Source: an uncultured Solirubrobacterales bacterium (GTDB lineage: Bacteria > Actinomycetota > Thermoleophilia > Solirubrobacterales > JBBDJG01). Taken from it: a stretch of 64,000 nucleotides of DNA. The translations under genes and the position numbers were made by a program. Position 1 is the first letter of the stretch; each line of letters begins with the position of its first letter. The notes beneath the pieces were generated by a model. The model made no database searches, had not been told where the DNA came from, and was given only the letters and a program-made list of their open reading frames with translations. Positions 38,814-49,008 of this stretch are shown here, piece by piece. The stretch is from the NCBI GenBank assembly GCA_963774075.1, contig CAVZDP010000005.1:260360-324359 (forward strand). The letters are read 5' to 3'.

Positions 38814-40283
38814 ATGCGCGTCACCTTCCGCAAAGGCGCACCGCACGAGGCTTCCGCAGACACGCTGTGCGTCGGGCTGTTCGAGGACGAGGCACTGCCC
38901 GAAGCACTCGACGCGGCGCTGTCGGGACGGCTCGGGCGGCTCGTCGAGTCCGGCGAGGCGAAGCCGTCGTTCAAGCGGACGACGCTCGTGCACGCCAACG
39001 GCGCGGGCACCCTTTCGCGTGTGCTCGTGATCGGGCTCGGAAAACGCGCCGACTTCGACGGCGAGCGCGCACGCGTGGCGGCCGCCGTCGGGTACGCCCG
39101 GGCGAAGGACGCATCCGCGAAGAGCCTCGCGTGGGCCGTTCCGGAGGGAGTCGACCAGGACGCCATCGCGGCGGCTTTGACGGAGGGCACGGTGCTCGCC
39201 TCCTACCGCTTCGACCGCTTCAAGACATCGAAGAACGACGACGACGCCGACGCCGGTCCGCAGAGCCTGGAGATCGGCTGCGAGAAGGACGTGGCAGGCG
39301 CAGTCGAGAGCGCCGCGCTGGTTGCGGAGGCGCAGAACAGCGCGCGCGAGCTGCAGAACCTGCCGGCCAACGAGCTCACGCCCTCGCGACTTGCCGATCA
39401 CGCCGTGCGACTCGCGGCCGAGATCGACTCGCTCGAGGTCGAGCTGCTCGGTCCGGAGAGAATCGCGGAGCTGGGCATGGGAGGCCTGCAGGCGGTGTCC
39501 AAGGGCTCACACGAGGAGGCGTGTCTGATCGTGATGCGCTACGCCGGAGGCGGAGCGCGCAAGCTGGCGTTCGTCGGCAAGGCGGTGACGTTCGACACCG
39601 GAGGCATCTCGATCAAGCCCTCGTCGAAGATGGAGGAGATGAAGATGGACATGTCGGGCGGCTCCGCGGCGATCGAGGCGACCGCCGCTATTGCGCGCCT
39701 CGGGCTGTCGGCGGACCTCGTCTGCATCGTCCCCGCGACCGAGAACATGCCTTCCGGCCACGCGGTCAAGCCCGGCGACGTCATCACCACCTACAACGGC
39801 AAGACCGTGGAGGTGAACAACACCGACGCCGAAGGACGGCTGATACTCGCCGACGCGCTCGCCTACGCGGTCGCGTCCGGCGCCGAGCGGTTGATCGACC
39901 TCGCCACGCTGACCGGCGCCATCATCACGGCGCTGGGATCGACGTACGCTGGCCTCTTCTCCAACGACGATGCGCTCGCCGGTGAGATCGTGCGCGCCGG
40001 AGAGATGAGCGGGGAGGTCGCCTGGCGGATGCCGCTCCACGCCGACTACAAGGAGCTGACGCGCGGCAAGGTGGCCGACCTCACCAACGTCTCCGATCAA
40101 CGCAAGGCCGCGTCCGCCTACGCCGCCTCGTTCCTCGAGGAGTTCGTCGATGGACGGCCCTGGGCGCACCTCGACATCGCCGGCACCGCGTGGGGCCAGG
40201 ACAACCGCGACTACGTCGGCAAGGGCGCGAGCGGCTGGGGCGTGCGTATGCTCGTGGAGCTCGTGCGCGCCGAGGCCGGGTAG
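38814..40283 (+). CDS. pepA: leucyl aminopeptidase (M17)
   Basis: VGKAVTFDTGGISIKP, MKMDMSGG, NTDAEGRLILADAL. Confidence 0.92.
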   Translation: MRVTFRKGAPHEASADTLCVGLFEDEALPEALDAALSGRLGRLVESGEAKPSFKRTTLVHANGAGTLSRVLVIGLGKRADFDGERARVAAAVGYARAKDASAKSLAWAVPEGVDQDAIAAALTEGTVLASYRFDRFKTSKNDDDADAGPQSLEIGCEKDVAGAVESAALVAEAQNSARELQNLPANELTPSRLADHAVRLAAEIDSLEVELLGPERIAELGMGGLQAVSKGSHEEACLIVMRYAGGGARKLAFVGKAVTFDTGGISIKPSSKMEEMKMDMSGGSAAIEATAAIARLGLSADLVCIVPATENMPSGHAVKPGDVITTYNGKTVEVNNTDAEGRLILADALAYAVASGAERLIDLATLTGAIITALGSTYAGLFSNDDALAGEIVRAGEMSGEVAWRMPLHADYKELTRGKVADLTNVSDQRKAASAYAASFLEEFVDGRPWAHLDIAGTAWGQDNRDYVGKGASGWGVRMLVELVRAEAG

Positions 40284-40296
40284 GAGCCTCTGCCCC

Positions 40297-42213
40297 TCAG
40301 CGGGGGTTAGTCGGGCCGAAGCGACGGCGGCCCGGGCGCGCGAGCACTCCCGCCACCTCCTGCCACCACGCGTCCTCCTGCTCGGACACGGTCTCGGGGT
40401 CGACGCGATCGGCGATGTAGCGGATGACCGCGCGGGAGCTGCCGGCGATCAGATAGCGCCCGGTGACCGCGAACCGCCCGTCGACGAGAGCGACGAGCGC
40501 CCCCGGCGTGTCGCGACGCGTCCTCAAGAGGCTCGCCACCTCGATGTCGTTGACCTTCTCCGGAGCAGCGGCGTCGCCGTCCTCCGCTCGCCATGGCCGC
40601 GCCACGAACACCGACGGCCGGGCCTGTGGCGGCACCTTGGCGCGCGCCTCGGTTCCGATCGGGCCCTCGGCCCAGCGGCCAAAGAGACGATCGATGTGCA
40701 ACCGAGCCTCCTGTCGCACGACGATGTGGAGTCGGTCCCCGGCCTCGATGCGCGTGGACCCGCGCGGAAGGACAGCCTCGCCCTCTCTGACGATCACGCT
40801 CACCAGCGCCTCGCGCGGGAGCTCCAGCTCCTTGACCAGGCGCCCGTTGATCGCGTCGCTCTCCAGAACGGGATGCTCTACGACCTCGGCTCCAAGTCGC
40901 CGGATCGTGCCGACCTCCGTCAGCGGCGCAGGCAAGGCCGGCTCTGTGGTCGTCAGCCCGAACGCTCGGGCGAGCGGCTCGAAGGTGATGCCCTGAACGA
41001 GCGTCGAGGTGACGACGACGAAGAAGGCGATGTTGAAGAAGAGGTCGCCGCTGGGGACCCCCTCGATCACGGGGAAGGTCGCAAAGACGATCGGCAGCGC
41101 TCCGCGGAGGCCCGCCCAGCCGAGCAGCAACCGCTCCTGAAGACTGAAACCACCCACCTGCGCGGCGATCAGCGTGGCGAGCGGACGCGCGATGAACATC
41201 AACACGCCCGAGAGCAGCAGGCCCTCCACCGCGACGTCGTCGAGCCGGCTGGGGAACACGAGCAGTCCGAGGGCGAAGAAGACTGAGATCTGGCCGACCC
41301 ACGCCAGGCCCTGGTGGAACGCCGTCACGGTTCGCCGCGCGGGGATGGCGGCCGACCCGAGCGTGAGCCCCGCGAGGTAGACGGCGAGAAAGCCCGATCC
41401 GTCCAGGACGTCGGCGCCCCCGAAGGCGAGCGCCCCGATCGCGATCGAGGCAACGGGATAGAGGCCGGGTGTGGCGAAGCTGAGGCGCTTGAACGCCCAC
41501 ACGCCGGACGCGCCGGCGGCAAGTCCGACCACCGTCCCGATCGCGAACTGCTTCGCGAACAGCCAAGCCATGTCCAACAGCCCGTAGTCCGGCAGCTGGA
41601 TCCAGTCGATGAGGCCGACGACCAGCAGTACCGCCACGGCATCGTTGAGTCCCGACTCCGCCTCGAGCGTGCGCGCCAGACGGCGCTGAAGCGTCGAGCC
41701 GCGCAGCATCGCGAAGATCGCCGCCCCGTCGGTGGCGGCGATCGTGGCGCCGACGAGCAGGCCCTCGAGCGTCGAGAGGTCGAAGATCCAGGCGGCGGCG
41801 AGCCCCGCCACGGCCGCGGTCACGAGCGTGCCGACGAACGCCAGGGACAGCGCCGTCGGCAGGACCGGCCGGATCGACTGCCAGCCAGCGGCCAGGCCGC
41901 CCTCGAACAGGATCAAGGCCAGGGCGACGACACCGATGGTTCGCATCAGCTCGGCGTCGTCGAAGTCGATCCAGCCGAGGCCGTCGGAACCGATGAGCAT
42001 TCCGAGCCCCAGGAAGAGGACGAGCCCGGGCACCCGCAGGCGATCCGCGACCAGCACGGCAGCGAGCCCGAGCGCCAGAAGAGCGCCCGCGACCAGTATC
42101 AGCTCGCCGTCAGCCACGGCGACAGGTATCGGCTTCGCCGTCGGCCACCGACCGATTCTATGGGGCGACTCGAGACGCTCCGGCAACGCTGTCCCGTGCC
42201 TGGGCCGTAACAT
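40297..42213 (-). CDS. K+/H+ (cation/proton) antiporter, NhaP2/CPA1 type, with C-terminal RCK_C/TrkA-C domain
   Basis: About 12 TM segments (GLGMLIGSDGLGWI...GLNDAVAV...) followed by INGRLVKELELPREALVSVIVREGEAVLPRGSTRIEAGDRLHIVV. The start is set at ATG 42213, because the longer track ORF would overlap the divergent ACAD start. Confidence 0.8.
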   Translation of the reverse strand: MLRPRHGTALPERLESPHRIGRWPTAKPIPVAVADGELILVAGALLALGLAAVLVADRLRVPGLVLFLGLGMLIGSDGLGWIDFDDAELMRTIGVVALALILFEGGLAAGWQSIRPVLPTALSLAFVGTLVTAAVAGLAAAWIFDLSTLEGLLVGATIAATDGAAIFAMLRGSTLQRRLARTLEAESGLNDAVAVLLVVGLIDWIQLPDYGLLDMAWLFAKQFAIGTVVGLAAGASGVWAFKRLSFATPGLYPVASIAIGALAFGGADVLDGSGFLAVYLAGLTLGSAAIPARRTVTAFHQGLAWVGQISVFFALGLLVFPSRLDDVAVEGLLLSGVLMFIARPLATLIAAQVGGFSLQERLLLGWAGLRGALPIVFATFPVIEGVPSGDLFFNIAFFVVVTSTLVQGITFEPLARAFGLTTTEPALPAPLTEVGTIRRLGAEVVEHPVLESDAINGRLVKELELPREALVSVIVREGEAVLPRGSTRIEAGDRLHIVVRQEARLHIDRLFGRWAEGPIGTEARAKVPPQARPSVFVARPWRAEDGDAAAPEKVNDIEVASLLRTRRDTPGALVALVDGRFAVTGRYLIAGSSRAVIRYIADRVDPETVSEQEDAWWQEVAGVLARPGRRRFGPTNPR

Positions 42214-42250
42214 CCAGCCGCCGTCAGGAACGCGAACACCGAAAGGAAGC

Positions 42251-43396
42251 ATGGACTTCGACCTCTCGCGCGAGCAGCAGCTGATCCGCGACACGGTGCG
42301 AGAATTCGCGCGCGCCGAGATAGCGCCCGTGGCCGAGGAGCTCGACCGCGACAAGCGGTTTCCGTACGAGATCGTCGAAAAGCTCGGCGGCCTCGGGATG
42401 ATGGGCATCCCCTTTCCAGAAGAGTACGGCGGAGGCGGCGCCGACACCCTCTCGTACGCGATTGCGATCGAGGAGCTGGCGCGCGTGGACGCCTCCGTCT
42501 GCATCACGGTCGCCGCGCACACCTCGCTCGGCACCATGGGGATCTATCTCTGGGGTAGCCCGGAGCAAAAGCAGGAATGGCTGCCCCAGCTCTGCACCGG
42601 GCGCCGCCTGGCTGCGTTCGGGCTGACCGAGCCCGAGGCCGGCTCGGACGCCGGCAACACTCGCACGACGGCGCGTCTGGAGGACGGGGAGTGGGTGGTG
42701 AACGGCGCCAAGCAGTTCATAACCAACTCGGGCACGGAAATCACCGGCTGCGTCGCCATCACGGCCGTGACCGCCCAGCAGAACGGCCGCCGCGAGATCT
42801 CGAACATCATCGTCCCGAACGGCACCCCCGGCTACGTGATCGGCGAGCCCTACCGCAAGATGGGCTGGAACGCCTCGGACACGCGCCCGCTCACCTTCGA
42901 GGATTGCCGCGTCCCCGAGGTGAACCTCCTCGGCCCCAGGGGTGACGGCTTCAAGCAGTTCCTGCACCTGCTCGACGGCGGCCGTATCGGCGTGGCGGCG
43001 ATGGGCGTGGGCCTGGCTCAGGGAGCGCTCGACGAGGCGCTCGCCTACGCGAAGGAGCGCAAGGCCTTCGGACAGCCGATCTCGCGCTTCCAGGCGATAC
43101 AGATGAAGCTCGCCGACCTGTCGACCGAGATCGAGGCTGCTCGCCTGCTCACCTACAAGGCCGCGATTCAGAAGGAGCGGGGAGAGAGCTTCACGCTCAC
43201 CGCCGCGCAGGCGAAGCTCAAGACGGGACGCCTGGCGGTGCGGGCGACCGAGGAGGCGGTCCAGATCCACGGCGGCTATGGCTACATCGAGGAGTACCCG
43301 GTCTGCCGCTTCTACCGCGACGCGAAGATCCTCACCATCGGCGAAGGCACCGACGAGGTGCAGCAGATGGTGATCGCCCGCCAGCTCGGCTGCTGA
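42251..43396 (+). CDS. acyl-CoA dehydrogenase (short/branched-chain type)
   Basis: MDFDLSREQQLIRDTVREFA..., FGLTEPEAGSDAG, YRDAKILTIGEGTDEVQ. SD GAAAGGAAG upstream. Only the C-terminal 381 aa of track ORF 41732..43396 look real. Confidence 0.9.
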   Translation: MDFDLSREQQLIRDTVREFARAEIAPVAEELDRDKRFPYEIVEKLGGLGMMGIPFPEEYGGGGADTLSYAIAIEELARVDASVCITVAAHTSLGTMGIYLWGSPEQKQEWLPQLCTGRRLAAFGLTEPEAGSDAGNTRTTARLEDGEWVVNGAKQFITNSGTEITGCVAITAVTAQQNGRREISNIIVPNGTPGYVIGEPYRKMGWNASDTRPLTFEDCRVPEVNLLGPRGDGFKQFLHLLDGGRIGVAAMGVGLAQGALDEALAYAKERKAFGQPISRFQAIQMKLADLSTEIEAARLLTYKAAIQKERGESFTLTAAQAKLKTGRLAVRATEEAVQIHGGYGYIEEYPVCRFYRDAKILTIGEGTDEVQQMVIARQLGC

Positions 43397-43536
43397 CGGA
43401 ACCCGCGCGCGCCGCCTGAGGTGATGCGTACAATCAATGAAGGGCGTTTCGAACCTGTGCCGAGGCCGCTCGGAAGCCATTTGCACAGGGCGGGAGGATC
43501 CGAGGCACCGGCGAAAGGCCCCGGCATCGGTATGTA

Positions 43537-45372
43537 GTGACAAAGGCGGTGGAAAAGGAGCGAGTGATCGTCCGCTTTGCGGGCGATTCCGGCGATGGCA
43601 TGCAGCTCGCCGGCAGCCGCTTCACGGATGCGACCGCCATGCTGGGCAACGATCTCGCCACCCTGCCCGACTTCCCGGCCGAGATCCGCGCGCCGGCGGG
43701 GACCCTTCACGGCGTCTCGGCGTTCCAGATCCACTTCGCCTCGCGGGACATCCTCACCCCGGGCGACCACCCGAACGTCCTCGTGGCCATGAACCCGGCG
43801 GCCCTGAAGACGAACCTCGGCGCCGTCGAGCGCGGCGGCACGGTGATCGTGAACGAGGACTCCTTCAGCGACGCCAACCTGCGCAAGGCGGGGTACGACG
43901 CGAACCCGCTCGACGACGACAGCCTCACCGACTACCAGGTCTTCCGCGTCCCCATGACGAGCATCACGATGAGGGCGGTCGAGGACGTGGATGGCGCCTC
44001 CTCCCGGGACGCCCAGCGCGCCAAGAACCTGTTCGCGCTCGGGCTCGTCTCGTGGATGTACGGGCGGCCGCTGGACGTCACGGTCACCTGGATCGAGCGC
44101 AAGTTCGCCTCCCGCCCCCCCGTGAAAGACGCGAACCTAGCGGCCCTTCGTGCCGGATACAACTTCGGCGAGACGGCGGAGCTGCTCGCAGTTCACTACG
44201 AGGTCAAGCCGGCGCCGGCCAAGCCCGGCACCTACCGCAACGTCAACGGCACGACCGCCATGGCGCTAGGGCTCGTGGCGGCGAGCGTTCGCAGCGGCCT
44301 GCCGCTCTTCTACGCGAGCTACCCGATCACGCCGGCCTCAGAGCTGCTCCACGAGCTCTCCCGCCACACCCGCTTCGGCGTGCGGACCGTGCAGGCCGAG
44401 GACGAGATCGCGGCGGTCAGCATCGCCCTCGGCGCCGCCTTCGGCGGCCAGCTCGGGGTGACCGCCACGAGTGGGCCCGGCATGGACCTGAAGGCCGAGA
44501 CCATCGGCCTCGCGGTCGCGCTCGAGCTGCCGCTCGTCGTGATCGACGTACAGCGCGCCGGCCCCTCGACGGGGATGCCGACCAAGACCGAGGCAAGCGA
44601 TCTCCTGCTCGCTGTCTACGGGCGCCACGGCGAGTCGCCGTTGCCCGTGATCGCGGCCTCCACCCCGGGGCAGTGCTTCGACGCTGCGCTCGACGCAGTG
44701 CGAGTGGCGGTCAAGTACCGCACCCCGGTGATCCTGCTCTCGGACACCTTCCTCGCCAACTCATCCGAGCCGTGGCAGGTGCCCGACGTGGACGACCTGC
44801 CCGAGCTCGACCCTAAGTTCGCGAAGGGGCCGAACCAGGGCGAGGAGTTCCTGCCCTACCTGCGCGACGAGAACCTCGCGCGCCCCTGGGCCGTGCCCGG
44901 CACGCCCGGCATGCAGCACCGCATCGGCGGGCTGGAAAAGGAGGACGGCACGGGCAACATCAGCTACGAGCCGGAGAACCACTCGCTCATGACGCGCCTG
45001 CGCGCGGAGCGGGTCGCCAAGGTGGCCGATGACGTGCCGGAGCTCCACGTGGACCACGACGAGGGAGCGCGGACGCTCTTGCTCGGCTGGGGCTCGAGCT
45101 ACGGCACCATCAAGGCCGCCGTGCGCCGCCTGCGCATCGCCGGCAAGCCGATCGCGGTCGCGCACCTGCACCACCTGAACCCGCTGCCGCGCAATACGGC
45201 CGAGGTCCTGCGCTCCTACGACAAGGTGATCGTCCCCGAGATGAACATGGGGCAGCTCGTGAAGCTGATCCGAGCGGAGTTCCTGGTGCCCGCGGAGAGC
45301 ATCACGAAGGTCGAGGGGCTGCCGTTCTTCGCGGACGAGCTCGAGCGCGAGATCCTGGAGAGGATGCTGTGA
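43537..45372 (+). CDS. korA: 2-oxoglutarate/2-oxoacid:ferredoxin oxidoreductase subunit alpha
   Basis: VIVRFAGDSGDGMQLAG...YPITPASE...ATSGPGMDLK... The start may instead be the GTG at 43564, which is preceded by GGAAAAGGAG. Confidence 0.85.
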   Translation: MTKAVEKERVIVRFAGDSGDGMQLAGSRFTDATAMLGNDLATLPDFPAEIRAPAGTLHGVSAFQIHFASRDILTPGDHPNVLVAMNPAALKTNLGAVERGGTVIVNEDSFSDANLRKAGYDANPLDDDSLTDYQVFRVPMTSITMRAVEDVDGASSRDAQRAKNLFALGLVSWMYGRPLDVTVTWIERKFASRPPVKDANLAALRAGYNFGETAELLAVHYEVKPAPAKPGTYRNVNGTTAMALGLVAASVRSGLPLFYASYPITPASELLHELSRHTRFGVRTVQAEDEIAAVSIALGAAFGGQLGVTATSGPGMDLKAETIGLAVALELPLVVIDVQRAGPSTGMPTKTEASDLLLAVYGRHGESPLPVIAASTPGQCFDAALDAVRVAVKYRTPVILLSDTFLANSSEPWQVPDVDDLPELDPKFAKGPNQGEEFLPYLRDENLARPWAVPGTPGMQHRIGGLEKEDGTGNISYEPENHSLMTRLRAERVAKVADDVPELHVDHDEGARTLLLGWGSSYGTIKAAVRRLRIAGKPIAVAHLHHLNPLPRNTAEVLRSYDKVIVPEMNMGQLVKLIRAEFLVPAESITKVEGLPFFADELEREILERML

Positions 45373-46427
45373 GCCACCGCGACGTGGAAGGGAACGGGAG
45401 CGGGAACGGAAGCGCGCCGATGGCGAAGCTGACGAAGAAGGACTTCTCGAGCGACCAGGAGACGCGCTGGTGCCCGGGCTGCGGCGACTACGCGATCCTC
45501 GCCACCGTCCAGTCGCTGATGCCGGAGCTGGGCGTGCCACCGGAACGAACGGTGTTCGTGTCCGGCATCGGCTGCGCGGGCCGCTTCGTCTACTACATGG
45601 ACACCTACGGGCTGCACGGCATACACGGGCGCGCGACCGCGCTCGCCACCGGGCTCGCCACCGCGCGGCCGGATCTCTCCATCTGGGTCGTGACCGGCGA
45701 TGGCGACGCGCTCTCGATCGGCGGCAACCACCTGATCCATGCGCTGCGCCGCAACGTCCCGATCAAGATCCTGCTCTTCAACAACCAGATCTACGGGCTG
45801 ACGAAGGGCCAGTACTCCCCCACGAGCGAGATGGGGAAGGTGACGAAGTCGACGCCGTTCGGCTCGCAGGACCATCCCTTCAACCCGGTCGCCCTGGCGC
45901 TCGGCGCGGAGGCGACGTTCGTTGCGCGCACGGTCGACACCGACCGCGCGCATGTCGCCGATGTCCTGAGGGCGGCGGCGAAGCACGACGGGTCGGCGTT
46001 CGTCGAGATCTACCAGAACTGCAACGTTTTCAACGACGGCGCTTTCGACGCCGTGCGCGACAAGGACCAAAAGGCGGCCAACCAGATCCGGCTGGAGCAC
46101 GGGCAGCCGATCCGCTTCGGCGAGAACAACGAGCGCGGCGTCGCGCGCGACGGTAACAGGGCGCTTCACATCGTCGACGTCGAGGAGGCGGGCGAGGACG
46201 CGCTCGTCGTTCACGACGTACGCCGCCGCGACCCGAGCCTGGCATTCGAGCTGGCTCACCTCTCTGAGCGGCCCGTCGGCCCGACGCCCGTGGGCATCTT
46301 CCGCTCGATCGCTCGTCCCGCCTACGGAGCCTCGATCGCGCGCGAGCTCGAGGCGGCGCAGGAGAGCGTCACGGCCGACGACCTCCAGTCCCTGCTCCAG
46401 GCCGGAGACACCTGGACCGTCGAATAG
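45369..46427 (+). CDS. korB: 2-oxoglutarate/2-oxoacid:ferredoxin oxidoreductase subunit beta
   Basis: RWCPGCGDYAIL, TPP motif VVTGDGDALSIGGNH...NNQIYGLTKGQ. The start overlaps the korA stop (GTGA). Confidence 0.88.
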   Translation: MSHRDVEGNGSGNGSAPMAKLTKKDFSSDQETRWCPGCGDYAILATVQSLMPELGVPPERTVFVSGIGCAGRFVYYMDTYGLHGIHGRATALATGLATARPDLSIWVVTGDGDALSIGGNHLIHALRRNVPIKILLFNNQIYGLTKGQYSPTSEMGKVTKSTPFGSQDHPFNPVALALGAEATFVARTVDTDRAHVADVLRAAAKHDGSAFVEIYQNCNVFNDGAFDAVRDKDQKAANQIRLEHGQPIRFGENNERGVARDGNRALHIVDVEEAGEDALVVHDVRRRDPSLAFELAHLSERPVGPTPVGIFRSIARPAYGASIARELEAAQESVTADDLQSLLQAGDTWTVE

Positions 46428-46524
46428 CCCCGCGCTCGGCTTTCGCTTCACACAGAAGGCTGGGCGAACGGTCTCGACCGCTGCAAGAGCTGACGAGCGC
46501 CGGTCCGTAAGCTCTGGCGCTCGC

Positions 46525-47307
46525 TCAACCGGCGAGCTCTTCCACCGCGGCCGCGACCTCTTCGGGAGCGTCGAGCTGGAGAATGTGCCCCGCCCCAGCG
46601 ATCACACGGTGCTCGACTCGCGGCAGCGCACCCTTGATGCGGCGCGCCGCCCGCGCGAAGGTGCGGTCGCTGCGGTCGCCTGTGAGCACCACCACGGGAA
46701 AGACAATCGCGGCGAGGTCGCGGCGCTTCACGTGCTCGCCCGTGCCGCCGTCGATGTCGGCGAGGATCGCGTGCGCGTTGGCGAGCATCTGCTCTCGGTA
46801 CTCCAGTTTCAACCGCTCGAACCCGCCGCCGCCGGAGCGGTCACCGAGCGCCCAGCGCAGGAAGATGTCAGCGGCACGGCGCTCGTCGCGGCGTCGAGCG
46901 AGCTGGATCCGAATGATCGTGATCAGCTCGGGAAGGCTCGGCCGGCTCTTGACGTGGAGCGCCGGCTCGAGCAATACCAGCGCACGAACGAGGTCCGGCC
47001 GCTCGAGCGCGAGCTCGATCGCGACCACACCGCCCAGGCTCCAGCCGACGATCGTCGCCGGCGCAGCGGCGAGCGCCTCCAACAGTGCGGCGGCGTCGCG
47101 AGCATGCACGCGCGGATCCTCCGGCGGCGGCTGAGCCGAGCCGCCGAACGAGCGGCGGTCGTACGCGATCACCCGGTGGCTCGTCGCCAGGCGATCGAAG
47201 GTGTCGCCCCAGACGCACGCCGCGGTCCCGTGCACGAGCAGGACCGGGGAGCCGCTTCCGCGCTCGTCGTAGTGGAGCTCCGCGCCGTTCGCCTCTACCG
47301 TTGGCAC
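46525..47307 (-). CDS. alpha/beta-fold hydrolase
   Basis: HGTAAC..., nucleophile elbow GWSLGG, C-terminal GAGHILQLDAPEE. Confidence 0.8.
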   Translation of the reverse strand: MPTVEANGAELHYDERGSGSPVLLVHGTAACVWGDTFDRLATSHRVIAYDRRSFGGSAQPPPEDPRVHARDAAALLEALAAAPATIVGWSLGGVVAIELALERPDLVRALVLLEPALHVKSRPSLPELITIIRIQLARRRDERRAADIFLRWALGDRSGGGGFERLKLEYREQMLANAHAILADIDGGTGEHVKRRDLAAIVFPVVVLTGDRSDRTFARAARRIKGALPRVEHRVIAGAGHILQLDAPEEVAAAVEELAG

Positions 47308-47311
47308 GCGG

Positions 47312-48283
47312 TCAGCGCTGCGCGCGGCGCTCGAGCAGCCGTTCGGCCGCCGTCGCCGGGTCGAGCTCGCGCCGGACCACCTTGTCCAGCAGATCCCTCA
47401 CCTCGTCGTCGCCGGCCAGGGAGCGCTCGAGCTCACGGCGCATCCTGACCGCGGCGAGGCCGAGCACCTCGTTCATGAGGTTGCGCCTGCGTCGCTCCTC
47501 GAGCGTCCCAGCCTGCTCGATGTGCTCGTGATGGGAATCGATGGCGTCCGCGAGCTCGTCGATGCCCTCGTCCGAGAGCGCCTCGGTGCGCAGGACCGGC
47601 ACCTTCCAGTCCGCCGCCGGCCCGAGCGCCAGCACGCTCCTGATCTCGCGGACCATGCTGTCGGTCAGTGGGTGGTGCGCCTTGTTGACGACGATCACGT
47701 CCGGGATCTCCATGATGCCCGCCTTCAGCGCCTGGACCGAATCCCCCGACCCCGGCATCAACACGAGCACGACCGTGTCCGCGTGGTCGATGATGTCGAT
47801 CTCGGCCTGGCCGACGCCGACGGTCTCGACGAAGACGTCGTCCTTGCCGGAGGCGTCCATGAGGAGCGCGGCCTGCAGCGTCGCCTCGGAGAGGCCGCCG
47901 AGCGCGCCGCGGCTCGCCATCGACCGGATGTAGACCCCTTCGTCGAGGAAGTGGTCGGCGAGCCGGATGCGGTCGCCGAGCAGAGCGCCGTGCGTGAAGG
48001 GGCTGGAGGGATCGACGGACAGGACCGCAACCTCACGCTCCCGCAGGCGAGCGTGCTTCACCAGCGCCCCGATCAGCGTGCTCTTACCCGCGCCCGGAGG
48101 CCCGGTCAGCCCGATCACGCGCGCGCTGCCCGTGCTCGGGTAGACCTCCCGCACGAGCTCCCAGCCGGCGGGGTCGTCGTTCTCCACGAGCGTGATGCCG
48201 CGAGCGAGCGCGCGCTTGTCGCCCGCCAGCAGCCGCGCGGCCAGCGGGAGCTGCGGCTTCGTCTGCTCGGCCCCGCCCTCCAC
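47312..48283 (-). CDS. meaB: MeaB/ArgK-type G-protein chaperone of B12 acyl-CoA mutases
   Basis: P-loop GLTGPPGAGKSTLI, ETVGVGQ, VVNKAH. GTG start. Confidence 0.88.
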   Translation of the reverse strand: MEGGAEQTKPQLPLAARLLAGDKRALARGITLVENDDPAGWELVREVYPSTGSARVIGLTGPPGAGKSTLIGALVKHARLREREVAVLSVDPSSPFTHGALLGDRIRLADHFLDEGVYIRSMASRGALGGLSEATLQAALLMDASGKDDVFVETVGVGQAEIDIIDHADTVVLVLMPGSGDSVQALKAGIMEIPDVIVVNKAHHPLTDSMVREIRSVLALGPAADWKVPVLRTEALSDEGIDELADAIDSHHEHIEQAGTLEERRRRNLMNEVLGLAAVRMRRELERSLAGDDEVRDLLDKVVRRELDPATAAERLLERRAQR

Positions 48284-48306
48284 GGCGAGCCTATGATTGC
48301 AGTCCC

Positions 48307-49008
48307 GTGAGCCAGGAAACGCTCGAGCGCCTGCCTGACGCTCCGCCGCTGCCCGCCGGGGGGCCGCCGGCGCGCAACGGCCCGGTCGCGCTGATCGCCT
48401 TCCTGGCGCGCAACCGCATGCTGACCCCGAAGTACGCGCTGCTGGCGGCGCGGCTGATGTGGCGCCGGTTCCTGACGGCCTCGGGCTACCGGATGCGGCT
48501 GGACGGCATGCTGTTCCTGGGCCCGGGCGTGAAGCTCCAGATCGGCCGTCACGCGCGCGTTCGCTTCGGTCGCTGGACCTGGATCGGACACGACACGAAG
48601 ATCCGCTGCCACGAGGGCGAGGTGCGGATCGGAGCCAAGACCGTGCTCGGTCAGGAGTGCACGATCTCGGCCTACCAGCACGTCTCGATCGGCGACCAGT
48701 GCATCCTCGCCGACCGCGTGATGCTGATCGACTTCGACCACAACGTCGCCGACGCCGAGCGGCCGATCCGCGTCCAGGGCATCTACAAGCGAGACGTCCG
48801 CGTCGGCAACAACGTCTGGATCGGGTTCGGCGCCCAGATCCTTCGTGGGGTGAGCGTGGGCGACAACGCGATCGTCGGAGCGGGGGCCGTGGTCACGAAG
48901 GACGTGCCCGCGAACGCGGTCGTGGGCGGGGTGCCCGCGCGCCTGATCCGCATGCGCGAGGCTCCGAGGAACCTGATTTGGAGCGAGCCCGTGGAGCCTG
49001 GTTCTTAG
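48307..49008 (+). CDS. hexapeptide-repeat (left-handed beta-helix) acyltransferase
   Basis: IGDQCILADRVMLID...VGNNVWIGFGAQILRGVSVGDNAIVGAGAVVTKDVPANAVVGGVPARLI. -10-like TATGAT at 48292-48297, 9 nt before the GTG, with no SD. Confidence 0.8.
   Translation: MSQETLERLPDAPPLPAGGPPARNGPVALIAFLARNRMLTPKYALLAARLMWRRFLTASGYRMRLDGMLFLGPGVKLQIGRHARVRFGRWTWIGHDTKIRCHEGEVRIGAKTVLGQECTISAYQHVSIGDQCILADRVMLIDFDHNVADAERPIRVQGIYKRDVRVGNNVWIGFGAQILRGVSVGDNAIVGAGAVVTKDVPANAVVGGVPARLIRMREAPRNLIWSEPVEPGS

Noticed and set aside
40297-42537. 746-aa version of the antiporter ORF, and the 554-aa version of the ACAD ORF (41732..43396).
   Set aside because: Each extension overlaps the other gene on the opposite strand and is low-complexity. 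The SD-preceded ATG at 42251 (ACAD) and the ATG at 42213 (antiporter) give products of normal length.
46428-46524. Intrinsic terminators in convergent gaps (korB/hydrolase at 46428-46524, GT4/glyA at 12552-12571, pepA/antiporter at 40284-40296).
   Set aside because: Only short stems (4-7 bp) with long loops and no U-tracts could be found. That is not enough to annotate terminators.
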